A stretch of DNA of 62,073 nt from Negaprion brevirostris. Taxonomy: Eukaryota. The position numbers were made by a program, and so were the translations under genes. This document shows, piece after piece, positions 1 through 13,339 of this stretch (the first letter of the stretch is position 1; every line of letters starts with the position of its first letter). The notes under the pieces are model-generated. The model was not told where the DNA came from. It worked only from the letters and a program-made list of their open reading frames with translations, and searched no databases. The stretch is taken from contig JARDVH010000193.1 of assembly GCA_030324005.1 (NCBI GenBank), positions 21,560,098 to 21,622,170 on the forward strand. Reading direction: 5' to 3'.

Positions 1-699
1 AACCTTTAGATCTTTTGCTGCCTTTCCATGTCAAATTTATAGATTAATAAGTGAAATGAGAACAGTTTATTCACTGACATTAAAACAAAGATTGATTAGG
101 TAAATTCAGGACAGCCTGAGCATTGAGATCATCAGATAGGATAATGTGTAATACTGCACCATCTGGAAGGTAGATGACTTGCAACTAGGGACAGTTCAGA
201 TTTGTGCAGTGAGTAGGTATTTAAATATAGATGAAGAAGAGATGCAGTCAACATGCATATTTCATGAAAGAGTGAAATCAGAAGATCCTCACTTCATTAG
301 AATTTGAACATTTCTCTTGTATCTTTTTTTAGAGGATTATTATATTTAATTAAGTTAGATGCATAGAAGAAGAAGCCCTTAACTTGGCAATGTTACATTA
401 AAATAAATTGTTGTGGTACCATTTTGTATTATTTTCCTGAACCAGAAGTCAATGAGATTCACAGGTTTTTTTTGTTATTGAGTAGACCTTATAGGGCTCA
501 CCACAGTCCATTTAAGGACATCTTGCTTTGAAAATGGTAAAATGTGCTGAAGAGTGACGGGTGGTAATCTTCAGGATGTATCCTGCAAGTCTCAGTAAAT
601 CCCTGCATTCTAGGATTTCTCTCCTCCATACCCCTTTGCCTTATTCTCTCTCCCCATCTCCGAAACCATTTCAAAGTATACTTATTTCACCTCATCTTC

Positions 700-850
700 T
701 GTTACTTCATCTGATAGCTGTTTGTGGAACTTTACTGTACACAAATTGAATGCCATATTTGCTTAAAAAACAGTGGCTGCACTTCAAAAGTCATTCTATG
801 AAGTATGGAGGAGATGAAAGGTGCCGTACTGATGCAAGTTCTTTCTTTGT
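700..850 (+). mobile_element. Deu-SINE (SacSINE1-like) 3' fragment
   Basis: gctgtttgtggaac...gcacttcaaaagt...gaaaggtgc...atgcaagttctttcttt parallels the tail of the copy at 49370-49760. Confidence 0.5.
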
Positions 851-1029
851 CTCCCTCAAACTCCTGCCTATTATGCTCCTCAAAACATTTTCATTTATTA
901 AAGGTGCTATGCAAGGCCAAACTGTTTCCATTATTTTATATTCCTGTCTCTTTTTTTGAATGCAAGTCATTGTTACCAATAATTTGACACAGCTCAGATA
1001 TTTTCATTCTTCTGAGGTGGAGCCTGAGC

Positions 1030-1650
1030 ATAGAAACAATGGAGACAATGGAATCTTGATGATATATTCCAATAACTTGCTCACAATGGATGTTAAATTG
1101 GCAGGTCTGTTATTGTCTGGTTTCTCTTAACTTTATTTCTTAAATAATGGAGTGACATTGTCAATTTTTCAATCCAAAGGCACAATTCCTAAATCTGGAA
1201 GGTTTTGAAAGTTTATGACGAAATGCATCTGCAATTTCCTTAATGATATCTGGTGGAACCATCAGGTCCTGGAGATAAAATTCTATTATTTTCTCCAATA
1301 CCATTTTTAACCTATATTAAAAGTACTGTTATTCTCACTTACTTGTTTCTAGGTCACTTTGTACTGTGGGGTGATGTCCTATTCCTGCACTGTGCAAACA
1401 AATGCAAAATACCCATTTAACAAATCTGCTATTTCTTTATTATTCTTTGTAATCTTACTTGCATTCATTTTTAATGAGCTCACGTTTCCCTTTACTACTC
1501 TACTGCCCAATATATTTTTAAAGTTTTGCTGTTAGATTGAATCATTCTGACAAGTGTTTTTCTTAATATTGTGCCTTTGCACCTTTGTTGCTTGTTATAG
1601 CTTTCTTAGTCTGCTGGATTTCTTCTTTTACATGCATTTGTATAACTTTT
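1030..1650 (-). mobile_element. Old CR1 LINE ORF2 fragment
   Basis: Minus strand reads as degraded WxxxNVTPLFK / NxRPxxLT motifs. Confidence 0.6.
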
Positions 1651-4154
1651 ACTTCTGGGCTGACGTAGTCCCTTACTGCATTTATTGATAGTAGTTGCTC
1701 AACCACACAATTACACTACCATACCATCTATAGCATAAACTACTGTGTGAAAGCATTATGCCATGTCTGGGGAGACAAAAAGTATTGTACTCGAGCAATA
1801 ATGCCACAATGTGCAAGGTAAAAGTATTAAAGTGGAAGGGTCACTACTGTATAGAAGGATTACTACTGTGTAGTAGGGTATTTACACTGGATTGGAGAGA
1901 TACCAGGATTGTGATTCTGAAATGACAGTCTGATAATATTTTGGGATAGTAATGCTACTGAGGGACTGAGGGATTTGGGGTTGTTTTCGCTGGAAAGAAG
2001 GAGNNNNNNNNNNNNNNNNNNNNNNNNNNNNNNNNNNNNNNNNNNNNNNNNNNNNNNNNNNNNNNNNNNNNNNNNNNNNNNNNNNNNNNNNNNNNNNNNN
2101 NNNNNNNNNNNNNNNNNNNNNNNNNNNNNNNNNNNNNNNNNNNNNNNNNNNNNNNNNNNNNNNNNNNNNNNNNNNNNNNNNNNNNNNNNNNNNNNNNNNN
2201 NNNNNNNNNNNNNNNNNNNNNNNNNNNNNNNNNNNNNNNNNNNNNNNNNNNNNNNNNNNNNNNNNNNNNNNNNNNNNNNNNNNNGGTAAAGTAATAAAAA
2301 ACAAAATCAAAATCAGAGATTTAAGTTTAGTCGACAGCCAAACCAATGACCCATTAAAAAGCTTCTGTGAAATCGGCATTTTTTGTGTTATCTTGGATTT
2401 TTGTATTGATTTCAAAGAAAAAGTTATTTGACTATTCAATTTGCAAATATGTCATCAAGGTACAAAGCTTACATTTGTCACACAAAGTCACTTGGATATA
2501 AGCAGTATTGATTTGTGTTCCTGTTAGCTGAATGAATGCCTGGAATGTTTCCCTTCATAGTTCCTTTCTGTAATAAAAGCAGACTGGAGGAGCTCTTGGG
2601 GATTTACAGAAGGTGACTATCATGTTTTATGTTTGTGGAAGCTGAAGTTGATTTTTGTATGTTTTTGGCATCTTAATGTGACTGCCATGATCTTTACTTG
2701 GCAAAGGCTTGTGTTTGTTTAAATTTTTCCAACTTCAATCTAGCCTATCACAGTCAATTCAAATCCTAAAATTGTGAAAATTTGAAAAAAAGTATGTTTT
2801 AGAAATGCTCAACAAGTCAGGCTCTGGCAAGGGAAACATAATTAATTGGGGGATTTTAACCTGCCAGAATGGGATAAGGTCTACAAGGGCAGCTGGTTAA
2901 AGCATTAGAAATTGCCAACATGTCAGTAAGCCAGTAGAAACCCAGTGACTTTTGCATTTATCAGAGCGTGGGAAACTCCCATGAGACAGGTGCATCTGAG
3001 ATATAAATATGTTAAGTGTCAATTAAGTGTAGTTTTAACCTAGGATTCTGCCTTAACTCTTCAGTGCAAACATTTTCAGGGTTTCCTGGAATTCACCAAG
3101 TAAAACAAGAGCACAGCAGGGATTGACAGAACTGAGCAATTGACAGACAAGAAATACTTTAAATACTAAGATATGACAGCTTGCCTCCATGAAAGGATTT
3201 TGTTCACAGGAGTTGTTATGCAAGTGTGCTTTCATTGATTTGGGGGTGATTTCCAGGACTTGGTTTTTCTTTAGGTTTGATCTCCACTTCCCAGCTGTCA
3301 GTCTTCACAGCAGCATGGGAGCTGTTTATGTAGCAGGAGTAACAACAACCTTCTCTTTAACCACCCACCACAGGGTGTGAGCATAAAGCTCCAACTTGCA
3401 TGAGACAAAGCGCCCACTAAAAGGTATAGAGGCAGAGAGGAGGACAGTTTTCTGAACTTGACTGAGCATGGGTTCCTCAGGAGGCTCAGACTTTGCCATC
3501 AGGATTGTTGCTAATGTTTGCAGCCAAGTGGACCAGTTGGGCTTGCATTGCCAATTGCCGTCAGGGTCACCGGAGCCTTTAATTTCTTCTCCTCGGCATT
3601 GTTCCAGGGTTTCTCCTGGTGATTTTAGTAGAATCTCACAATCTATTGCCCATGTGTGCATCTCCCAGGTGACCAATGCCATTTTGCCAGGGTTAGAACC
3701 TATGTCCAGCTCATTGCTGATGAGACCAGTCAGTAGGAAAGGGCTGGTTTCCCACGGGAACAAAGAGTCGTGGTTTGCACACATGTGACAATGAAGGTCC
3801 ACTTAGGTCACCCAAGAGTGTTCATTCACCATAAAGGATTCCACTCCATTATTATATGCAAAGACTGAAAATTATCATGCATGTTTCCGGAAGATACCTC
3901 AAGCTGCCTTCATCCTGCACCAATTGAGTCTCCCACAGATGATCACAAACCAAAGCAGAGTCAGCAGGGGATCCTTGAACACAAGGTGGCACTTGATGCC
4001 CGAGAAAAGGACAGCCAAGATTTGTAATTGAGCAAGTCATTAGGTTGCTGAAGATGCATGTCAAGTGCCTGAGCAGTGCCCTTTTGGATGCAACAGCAAG
4101 GTTTTCTGGAATGACAATGGATTCCTGCAACTTTAACAATATTGTGCAATAGCA

Positions 4155-5175
4155 AGCGGGAGGCAATGGCCCAGTGGTATTATTGCTCAACTATTAATCC
4201 AGAAACCCAGATAATGTTTTGGGGACCTGAATTTGAATCCCACCATTGCAGATGGAATTTGAATTTAGTAAAAAATAGTTNNNNTTAAGAGTCTACTGAT
4301 TACTATGAAACCAATGTCAATTATCAGAAAAACCCATCTGGTTCACTAATGTCCTTTAGGGAAGGTAATCTGCCATCCTTACCTGGTCTGGCCTACGTGT
4401 GACTCCAGAGTCACAGCAATGTGGTTGACTCTCAACTGCCCTCTGAAATGGCCTTGCAAGCCACTCAATTGTAACAATCGCTACGAAGTCTCAACAAAGA
4501 AATGAAAGCAGACAGACCACCTGGCGTCGACCTAGTCACCGGAAAAGACAACAGCGAAACAAACAGCCCTGTCAACCCTGAAAAGTCCCCCTTACTAACA
4601 TCTGGGGGCTAGTGCCAAAACTCAGAGAGCTGTCTCACCGACTAGTCAAGCAGCAGCCAGACGTAGTCATTCTCACAAAATCATACCTTACAGATACCAC
4701 CCCAGACATCACCATTACCATCCCTGTCCCACCAGCAGGACAGATCCAGCAGAGGTGACGGCATGGTAGTATACAGTCAGGAGGGAGTGTTCCTGGGAGA
4801 CTATAACATCGACTCCGGATCCCATGATGTTTCATGGTCAAAAAACCTCTTACTGGTTACAATGTACTGTCCCTCTTCGGCTGTTGAATCAGTATTCCTC
4901 CATATTGAACAACATTTGGAGGAAGACCAATAGTGCTGCTACCAAGCCACTTCTGGTGGTGGACATTGAAATCCCCCATCCAAACTACATTTTGCACCCT
5001 TGCCATCCTCAGTTCTCCCTCCAAATGTTGTTCAGTATGCACTAGTGATCGAGCTGGTTGGGAACTAAAGGATATAATTGCTAGACTGGGTCTGCCAGCA
5101 GATGGTGAAGGAACCAACAAGAGGAAATAACATGCTTGACTTCATCCTTACCAATCTGTCCATGACAGCATTGGG
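4155..5175 (+). mobile_element. 5' part of CR1/L2-group LINE 'family B': tRNA-like head, 5' UTR and AP endonuclease
   Basis: A-box-like tggcccagtgg and B-box-like tttgaatccc, then GLVPKLRELSHRLVKQQPDVVILT, with the MGDFNVHH motif on an inverted piece. Confidence 0.7.
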
Positions 5176-5490
5176 AAGAGTGATTGAGTGTACACCTCGC
5201 CGCTGCGAAACCAGGTTTCATCTAATTTCTCACATTTTCCAAATTACACGATAGTTAAGAACCAGTATTTAGGTTTCCCGTCCAAGATTATGGGATACCC
5301 TCACATTGAACATCAGAGGAGCTCATGACACCAGGTACCAAGAGAACTCACATGACTCTTAAATCTTGAGCCTCTTGCAGTTGTCATGGACCTTTGAAGG
5401 TCCTCAGCGCGTAAAGTGTTACTCCTCTGTAAATGTGTGGTACTCCCTAAAGACATGACTAATGATGCCTGTTTGTTTTCCACAGTGTGA

Positions 5491-5660
5491 GAATCATAGA
5501 ATCCCCTCACTGCGGAAGGAGGCCATTTGGCCCATCGAGTCTGCACTGACCACAATACATTCCAGGACCTATTTCCGTAACCCCACGTATTTACCCTTTT
5601 AATCCCCTGACACCAGGGTCAATTTAGCATCACCAATCAACCTAACCTGCATATCTTTAG
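5491..5660 (-). mobile_element. HE1-type V-SINE, 3' half
   Basis: catagaatccc...ggccatttggcccatcgagtctgcac...caatttagcat...acctaacctgca, matching the full copy at 33905-34231. Confidence 0.8.
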
Positions 5661-6709
5661 AGAAGAAATACAATGGTGCACATTCAGCCACAAAGTCCTC
5701 AATAGAGCCATTTATTGGCTCCTTAAAGATGCATTTCCAATGTTCAGACCAATGAGGTAGGGCTCTCCACCTAAGGTGTCCCACATCATTGCTATTTGGT
5801 ATGCCCTGTACAATCTAATGCTGCAGGGAGGAAATGTTTCGCTAGACATTTCCTCAAAGAGGACACCAAAGGGGATGAATTTGAGGAGGGAGAGATTTCA
5901 GACAAGACAAAGAAGAAAGAAAAATACAGCACAGTGAGTAGTGCCAAGGTGCCCCTTGGGCAGTGCTAGAATGCCTGGCTGACACTGCGTAACAGTCACC
6001 ACTCTGCCCCCAACCTCCCGGGAGGCTTCAATGTTCTCTGCCCCCACCACCAGCCCACATCTTGATGCTGAGCCCCAGGATACCATCAGATATCAAGGTG
6101 CAATGATCTTTCATATGACAACATGAGCACGAAGCTGAGAGTTATGTTAGCATTATCATCACAGGTTGATTCAGTAAGACCATCATGCGATTATTGACAA
6201 ACTCTCATTTGCTGCATTCATCAGAAATCTACCAAATTTAGATACTGCATCACCTTGGCATCTGGGAGAACTGTGGCTCAGTCAGTTTTGACACAGCAGT
6301 CAGCGATAACCTAATCCCTTCAAAGATACTGATCAGCACTCAGGAGAAATGCCGGACCATTGCTTTCATACCGTTACAGTCCTCGATATTGTCCATCTCA
6401 CAAAGGTCAATCTTTAGTATGAACCTTAAGAGACTGATTTCAGAGTCATGTAACAAAATCTACATTGTTTGGCATTCTATGACCTCATAAAAGGATTCTG
6501 TTAAGCAACAATAGACAGCCTTTCAGGAGCAAAGTACCATTTTCTGAGGTAATTTGACATTTCATCGGGATGAAGACACCCTTAGAGACTTCTGGGTGGA
6601 TGGCCCCAAGCTGTCTGTCTGATGCTCCTCCTTCTTTTGGGTGCGCAAGATCCCCTCCCTGACTCCTTGACGAGAAGGAGGGATGTCAAAGCGCTCTTTC
6701 CTCTCTCAC

Positions 6710-6960
6710 CTAGATACTGTATGGGTAGAGAATGATGGTGGTGAATCTGTGGAATTCACGACCTCAAAAAGTAGTTGAGGCCAAAACATTGTGTGATTTC
6801 AAGAAGAAATTAGATATAGCTCATGGGGCTACAGGGATATGGGATGAGGTGGGATCAGGATATTGATTTTGATGATCAACCATGATCAAAATAATGGCAC
6901 AGAGTAGGCCAGAAGGGCCGACTGACCTTCGTTTGCTTCTATTTTCTATGTTTTTGTGTT
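6710..6960 (+). mobile_element. CR1 LINE 3' end
   Basis: gtggtgaatctgtggaattc (VVNLWNS)...agaagggccga...ttctatgttt tail. Confidence 0.75.
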
Positions 6961-7680
6961 CAGGTCTGAACACAAATCCGGTAGAAACTGCTGAACCTGG
7001 GTATCCAAGGCGGCCATCATCCTTCCCATGGAGACTTTGATGTGCTCACATGCCAGACCTATGACATCAGACAGAATTTGGACAGACCCCTCCATCCTTC
7101 ATTCCAGTCTGTTAATGGTTTCTGATAATTTTGTCCAAAGTTCCCCTACCTGCCTTTGCATTGCCATCATTTGTCTTCGAGCCCATTGCAGAGGCTCATC
7201 TTTTCTCTTGGACTCTACAATGTCTTGGTCTCCAGCTGTGCCTGGCTGTCACTTCCTCTGCCTGCTGCAAATTTGTGTCTGTGAGGTGACCACCAGATTA
7301 TGAATCTGAGTCTTCTCTAAAACTAGTTCTCACTCGGGTGCGTGTGATTGCCCTGGTGGAAAGTGCAGGTGAATGCAGTGATGGGTCTTCCTCAAATGGC
7401 TGCTCTCCTTCCTCTTCTGACATAGCTCGGGGACTGGAGCTAAGTTCTCCGGAGGACATCTTTCTCATTTTCTTGCTCATGACTAAAATAGACACAAGAG
7501 ACAGTGATTGACTGGTCTACCCCTACACTACCGGTCACTCATTGTCATTGTGTGCATGCAACTGATGGATATTGAATGATCCCGCACAGGCTTGTTAGGG
7601 AGGCCAGTTTCATCTGCCGTGCAAGAGTGATCTCTAACCCCTCCAGCCAACTCTATGGTCTGCTTCTCATACTGTTAGAT
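6960..7680 (-). mobile_element. Possible second-ORF (Myb/SANT partner) remnant of the Harbinger element
   Basis: Low-complexity S/E/T-rich reading frame (ORF 7298-7495) convergent with the transposase. No Myb motif could be verified. Confidence 0.3.
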
Positions 7681-7835
7681 GCACTGGAGCAACTCACCAA
7701 GGTCTTTTGACAACAGCTTCCAAATTTGAGACCTCCCCAGTCTAGAAGCACAAGGGACACCACTACCTGCAAGTTCTCCTTCAAGCCACACACCATCCTG
7801 TCTTGGAATTGATCATCATTCCTCCATTGTCAATG

Positions 7836-8650
7836 TATTGGAAAGAGCTAAAAGGACAACTGCTGCACCTCAGAAATGCACCTCGGGTTGGATAAGTGTC
7901 ATTAGAAGTGTTTGAAGAATGGACCAGAGGGGGCCATCCCATTAGTACGCTGAAGGAGAGAGAGGACATTGATAACACTTGTGTGATCCACGGCAACCAC
8001 ATCTTCAATAAATGTCTGCAGCTCGAGGAACTTCAGCTCAAAGTTGACGACATCAGAGATTGCAATATATCAGGGAGATGGAAAGTTACCTGGAAACTTT
8101 GTTCCAAGAGGTAACCATACTCCCTAGGTTAGGCTCTTTACACTTGGTCCATGGTCACAGACAAGAGGACGTGACTGAAAGTGGCTGTTATAAGGATCCN
8201 NNNNNNNNNAGAAAGTAGCAAAGGAGGAGGAGCCCCAGCCCTTGCAATTGGCCAACAATTATCAGGGTATGAAGACAGAGTTGGCTAAAGGGGAAAAAGA
8301 AAATAAACAGTAATGCGATGCAGAAGCTGTTGCAGAAATTTTAGTCAATATTCCATTATTCTCAAAAATATTTTTAATTGAGAAAGAAAGATGCTACAAG
8401 AAGCACCATCTATGGTTAATTAAGGAAGTCAAGGATGGTATCAAATTAAAAGAAAAGATATACAATGATGCAAAGATTAAGGATAGGCTAGAAGATTGAG
8501 AAAACTTTAGATACAGACAAAAGCTAACGAGAGAAAGCGAGAAATTAGAGCATGAGAGAAAACTAGCAAGAAAAATAAAAACAAACAGTAAAAGTTTCTA
8601 CAAGTATACAAAAAGAGAAATGAGTGACAAAAATGAGTGTTGGTCCCAGA
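7836..8650 (+). mobile_element. CR1 LINE ORF1 N-terminal and ORF2 linker fragments
   Basis: NHIFNKCLQLEELQLKV (ORF1 Cys/zipper region), then PWLIKEVKDGIKLKEK...KTNSKSFYKY. Confidence 0.7.
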
Positions 8651-8654
8651 GAAC

Positions 8655-9090
8655 ATACACATATACAAGCATCTGGATTAAGAGCAGAAGTAGGTTATTT
8701 GTCCCCTCAAGCCTGCTCTACCATTTGATAAGATCAATTGTGGCCTCAACACCATTTTCGCACCTCCGTCCAATAACCTTTGACTCCCTTATTAGTAAAG
8801 AATCTTATCTAACTCTGCCTTAAAAATATTCAATGACCCTGTCTCTCTGGAGAAGAGAGTTCCAATGATTCATGACCTCTAAGAGAAAACATTTCTCCTC
8901 ATCTTCGTTTTAAATGGGATGCTCCTTAGTTTTAAACTGTGACATCTATTCCTAGTCTCTCTCACAAGGAAAAATATCCTCTCAGCATCCATTCTCTTAA
9001 GTCCCCGCAAGATTGTATATGTTTCAATAAGGTCACCTGTCATTCTTCTGAACTCCAATAGATACAGGCTCAATATTTCCTCATAAGATA
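8655..9090 (-). mobile_element. CR1 LINE 3' end
   Basis: ORF 8879-9109: LEFRRMTGDLIETYTILRGL...TRNRCHSLK. Confidence 0.8.
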
Positions 9091-9438
9091 ACTGGATGTC
9101 CTTGTGCATGAATCACAAAAAGTTAACATACAGATACAGCAAATAATTAGGAAGGTAAATGGAGTGTTTACCTTTATTACAAGGGGAATGGAGTGTAAAA
9201 GTAGGTGAGTCTTGCTGCAATCATACAGTGGAATGGTGAGTCCACACCCAGAGTATTATGTCCAGTTCTGGTATTTTTACTTCAGGAAGGATGCTCCTGC
9301 ATTGGGAGAAGTTCAGAAAAGGTTCATTAGGCTGAATCTTGGAATGAAGGGATTGTTTTATTGGGAAGGTTCAGCAATTCGTTCCTATGCTCGTTGGAGT
9401 TTAGAAGAATGAGAGGTGATCCTATTGAAATTCTGAGA
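9091..9438 (+). mobile_element. CR1 LINE late ORF2 fragment
   Basis: PHPEYYVQFW...LGEVQKRFIRL...LEFRRMRGD. Confidence 0.8.
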
Positions 9439-9440
9439 GG

Positions 9441-9541
9441 ACAGAAACAGAAGATGTTGGAAAAATTCAGCAGGGCTGGCAGCATGTGTGGAGGGAGAAA
9501 TAGGATTAACATTTCAACTCCATATGACTCTTCTTCAGAAA
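9441..9541 (-). mobile_element. Penelope-like terminal repeat fragment with a degenerate hammerhead core
   Basis: Minus strand CTGAAGA-AGAGTCATATGGAGTT-GAAATGTTAA followed by ...atgctgccagccctgctga...; related copies at 21488-21581 and 60030-60160. Confidence 0.55.
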
Positions 9542-12500
9542 AGTGGGTGGAAAATGTTGTCAATGGGATGGACAAGGTTAAGGGCCCTGTTAAGAGATTA
9601 ATCCTTGTCTGAGGAAAAGGGAAGAATATTGGTTTGGAAGTTGAAATTGTCCAAAATATTGGAGATTATGTCATTGGACATATATGTGGGTGAGGGATTG
9701 GGAAATGCTGGATAATGATGTGCCTTTATATTTTGGCATCCACTTGTGACATCAAACACTCCAGGTTAGGTAAGCGCAGGCAAGGTATAGAATGAAGTTT
9801 GCTTCACCCTGACATGATGTTCCTCAACACAACCTTGTAAGAGCAGCACAAGTGCCACTTTTTCCAATTGTCACTCAATCCCCCCAAACTATCTGAACAA
9901 CCATCAGTTTCTACCAAGTTACAGAAATTTTGTACTGGTGTTTCGACTCACTTCGATCTGGTGTGAAATAATTCATTTCTCATAGCACCTCTACACTCTA
10001 TGGAGAGTGGAGACTTTGATCTCTTGATCTCAGTTGATTTTTACTTACATATTTGAGGCTTTAGGACAGTTCAGAAGCTGCTACTACAGTACCCACTAAT
10101 GGCACCCCCCCTCCCCTCAGCACCCCCTCCACTTCCACTGCCTCAAATATATATATGAATAGCTTGATGTCAATCATTGCTGCATTTCCCAAAAGGTGTT
10201 TTTTTTATGGTTCTCTTCCATGTAAATAATTTGTTTTAGTCATATTAGGACATAATGTTTTGTGAAACCCATTTCACAATATAAGGGATCAATTATGGGG
10301 GCAATTCTCCCAGAAGAATGCACTGCTCTAGTGGAGATCCGATTTAAGTATTTAAATGTTGATTTCCATTTCATTAGTGGGTCCAGGGCTGAGATCACTG
10401 GGCTGGCTAGCCTCCGACCCCCTCCCCTCCCCGCTGGACTGAAGAGCTATGTGTCTAAGATATCATTGCATAATTGATTTAGACAAGGCAACCCCATACT
10501 GACTGCTATCCGTGTTCTATTGCACATATTTTAAATATCTTAAAGTGACACTATATTTTATATCATTCATAAGAAAGAACTCCTTTGTTTTTGACGCACT
10601 TTGCTTATAGGCTTTCTCTTACTAATGAAATAAACTTCGGATTGCAACATGTTCTTTGAGCATTATGAACTTAATGTAAACATTTTTGTTTATCACTGGT
10701 TTATTACACAGCATTGGAAGTGATTTCACTATAGAAGTAGGGATAGGTATGTAGCTTTAGAACACCATGTTTCACCATGAGCTCGATTTTTCTGGTTTCA
10801 CCAGTAAAATAAGTTTTCATGTTTTTGAAGCAAAATCTCTGCATTTTAAGACAGGTGTGACATTAAAACCTTGTTAACATTCTATTGGAGGTTATCTGAA
10901 TGGTGCATTTATAAATTGTGTTTGCCCTGAAGGTAACACGGAAAGATTGATTTTTCAACCTTGCTTGGTTTTGATTTACATCTTTAGATTACCTGGGTAC
11001 AGAATGGTTTGGTTTATTGCATGCACTATTAAAGTCTGTGCTTGTCTGCTGATTCATTTAATAAACCCAATGCCTTTACCATTGCGAAAACAGGTAAAAC
11101 TATGAAAGAAGAAACCAGTACTCAGCTTGATTAGCTACAGCATGCTGAAATAATTCTAATAATTCTAATCTGAACTGACCCATTGTTTTTCATTTAGGAA
11201 TTTGTAACTGCATGAGTTTACATTCTATTTTCATTGGATGTAAACATCCAATGACAAATAACCAAAACAGTGATTGTTACTTTGTTGAATCACTGCAGCA
11301 AGCAAACAAGCAGAAATTATTTTGTTCTTTAATTATATTAAGGACTTGCTGGTTTCGTGATATTTATACAAAACTAAAACACAATAATTTAACGCAATTG
11401 AAGAAGTACTGTAAATGATGCCAAATGACAGATTGTGCCTGAAGCAGGCTGCAAGCCAGTGGAGAGATCACTCCAGCTACTCACCCATCCTCTTCAATCC
11501 TCAAGGCAAATTCAGCATTGGACTCAATTCAATAAAAGTGGCGAGGTACAGGTGCCAAATGAGTGTCATAATGCAACCTGTGAACTGTGACCTAATTAAT
11601 TTCAGCCAGTTTCTGGTGTAAAGCTGCCCCACAGGTAGCTCCTGGAATTGGGGAAGCAGAGAGGAACATCAGACAAGCTCTGCCTGTTTGTCGACATTGA
11701 GGTCCTAGAATGGGCACAATATCCCAATTTAAATGGAAAAGCAGATCTAAACTTGTTGCAGGTAGGCTGCTTGCCCACTTACAAACTAACCTGAACATAG
11801 CATCAGGTCAGGCCAGAGTAACAATATGCCATCCAAGTTTTTCAATTCCCCTATCCATCCCCTTGGATGCCCATTATTTAGGTATATGTCGGATAGCTGT
11901 GATATTAAATTTTATTCCATTGGTTAATGTAGAATTTGTCTTTCCATAATACATTCATGAATAACCTAATCCCATTAAAGTAATTTTTTACAAGTAGAAG
12001 ATTAATTTAACTCTATCAAGTGTTTCTGTCCATGCGATTCTTTGAAATTTTAATTTGATCCTTTTTGTTATTTTTAAATATCCTCTTATCAAATGCTTTG
12101 CTCTAAAATATTTCACCTTGTATTGCAAACTGTTGGTAAAACAGACATTTTCCCTGATCCTGTCTAAAATGTGATTATAGTTCTAAGCGTTCAAAGCATG
12201 ATATGATGAACTCTGGATAAAATCTCCTTTATAGATCCCTGCAAGTTTGCACGAATAATTGTACACTGCATACGCCAACCACAGTCTCTACCACAACTAT
12301 ATGACAAAGCTAAACTCAATAGCTTTATATCCCCATTATACTTGTATTGTGGGACAAGATCTAATTGAATCACATTTGTTTCGCCAAAATTTATCCTGTC
12401 CATTATCAGCTGTCAAAGAAGAGAGGGATTCTCACAGAATTTATAGTGAGGACAGAGATTGTGATACCAATGCACGTATGTGAACAGTATTTTCTTTGCC

Positions 12501-13339
12501 TCACAATTTTAATAAAAATTAGCTAAACTAAATAATTAATTAAACTTCACTCAAATGTCTTCATCAGACAGTGAGATGTTTTTAAAATGGGCCATCTTGA
12601 AACTTTTCTCAAGTCTAGTTTGTATTTGAGTCTAAGACTGGTCAATCATTAATTTTAAAATTGTCATTTGACTATCACTGGACTTACTTCATCAGCTAGG
12701 TTTTTCCTGAGGGTACACTTCAATGCCTGGTCGGGTACACTGAAGGAAAATTTAGCATGGTTAATGCACCTCAGTGAAATGACAAATTTTCCTCTCTTAC
12801 TCTGGTTGTAAAAACCTTTGAGAAAATTAAACCTGTTGAATGAGGTGTAATTAGGTTCTTAGCTGTGTACTAACTTTATGATTGCAGCTAAGCATCCTCA
12901 TTGGCGCTGAAAGTCTAATTTTATATTTGTGGAATGTCAAATTCCTCTAGTACAATTTAAAAAAAACACATTTGAAATAATTTTTAAATTTGTTTATGAT
13001 ATTTTGCTTCCTTAATCCAATCATAATTCATTATTTTGATCCCTGAAAATGTAAATTAAAACTGAAGGCATTCCATTCCATTTACCTCCCTTGGTTTGCT
13101 GTCTGTGAAAATACTTCAATATCATCGATTGTTTATCTTGACTGTTGACAACACTGTTGTTAGACACCTGAAGATCCTCTTGACTTGGCAACAGATTTAA
13201 ACTGCCTTTGAGAAAAAGGAAATCCACATCACAGAGATCACTAGATCTTTATGAGCAGCCTTCTTTAAGACAAGTAGTGAGTGCCATTGCTTCGCTGCTG
13301 ACTGCAAAATCCAGCCCATTTGGTTTTTTTGTTAAGTTA

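Larger units (their letters stand above)
3400..5900 (+). mobile_element. Decayed PIF/Harbinger transposase (DDE_Tnp_4-like), interrupted by a LINE and a SINE
   Basis: Collinear remnants: GDFSRISQSIAHVCISQVTNA (~3620-3680), RYQENSHDS*IL and YSLKT*LMMP (~5335-5475), YNGAHSATKSSIEPFIGSLKMHFQC...KVSHIIAIWYALYN (~5668-5820). The ~3770-4150 part (LVCDH) appears inverted. Confidence 0.7.
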
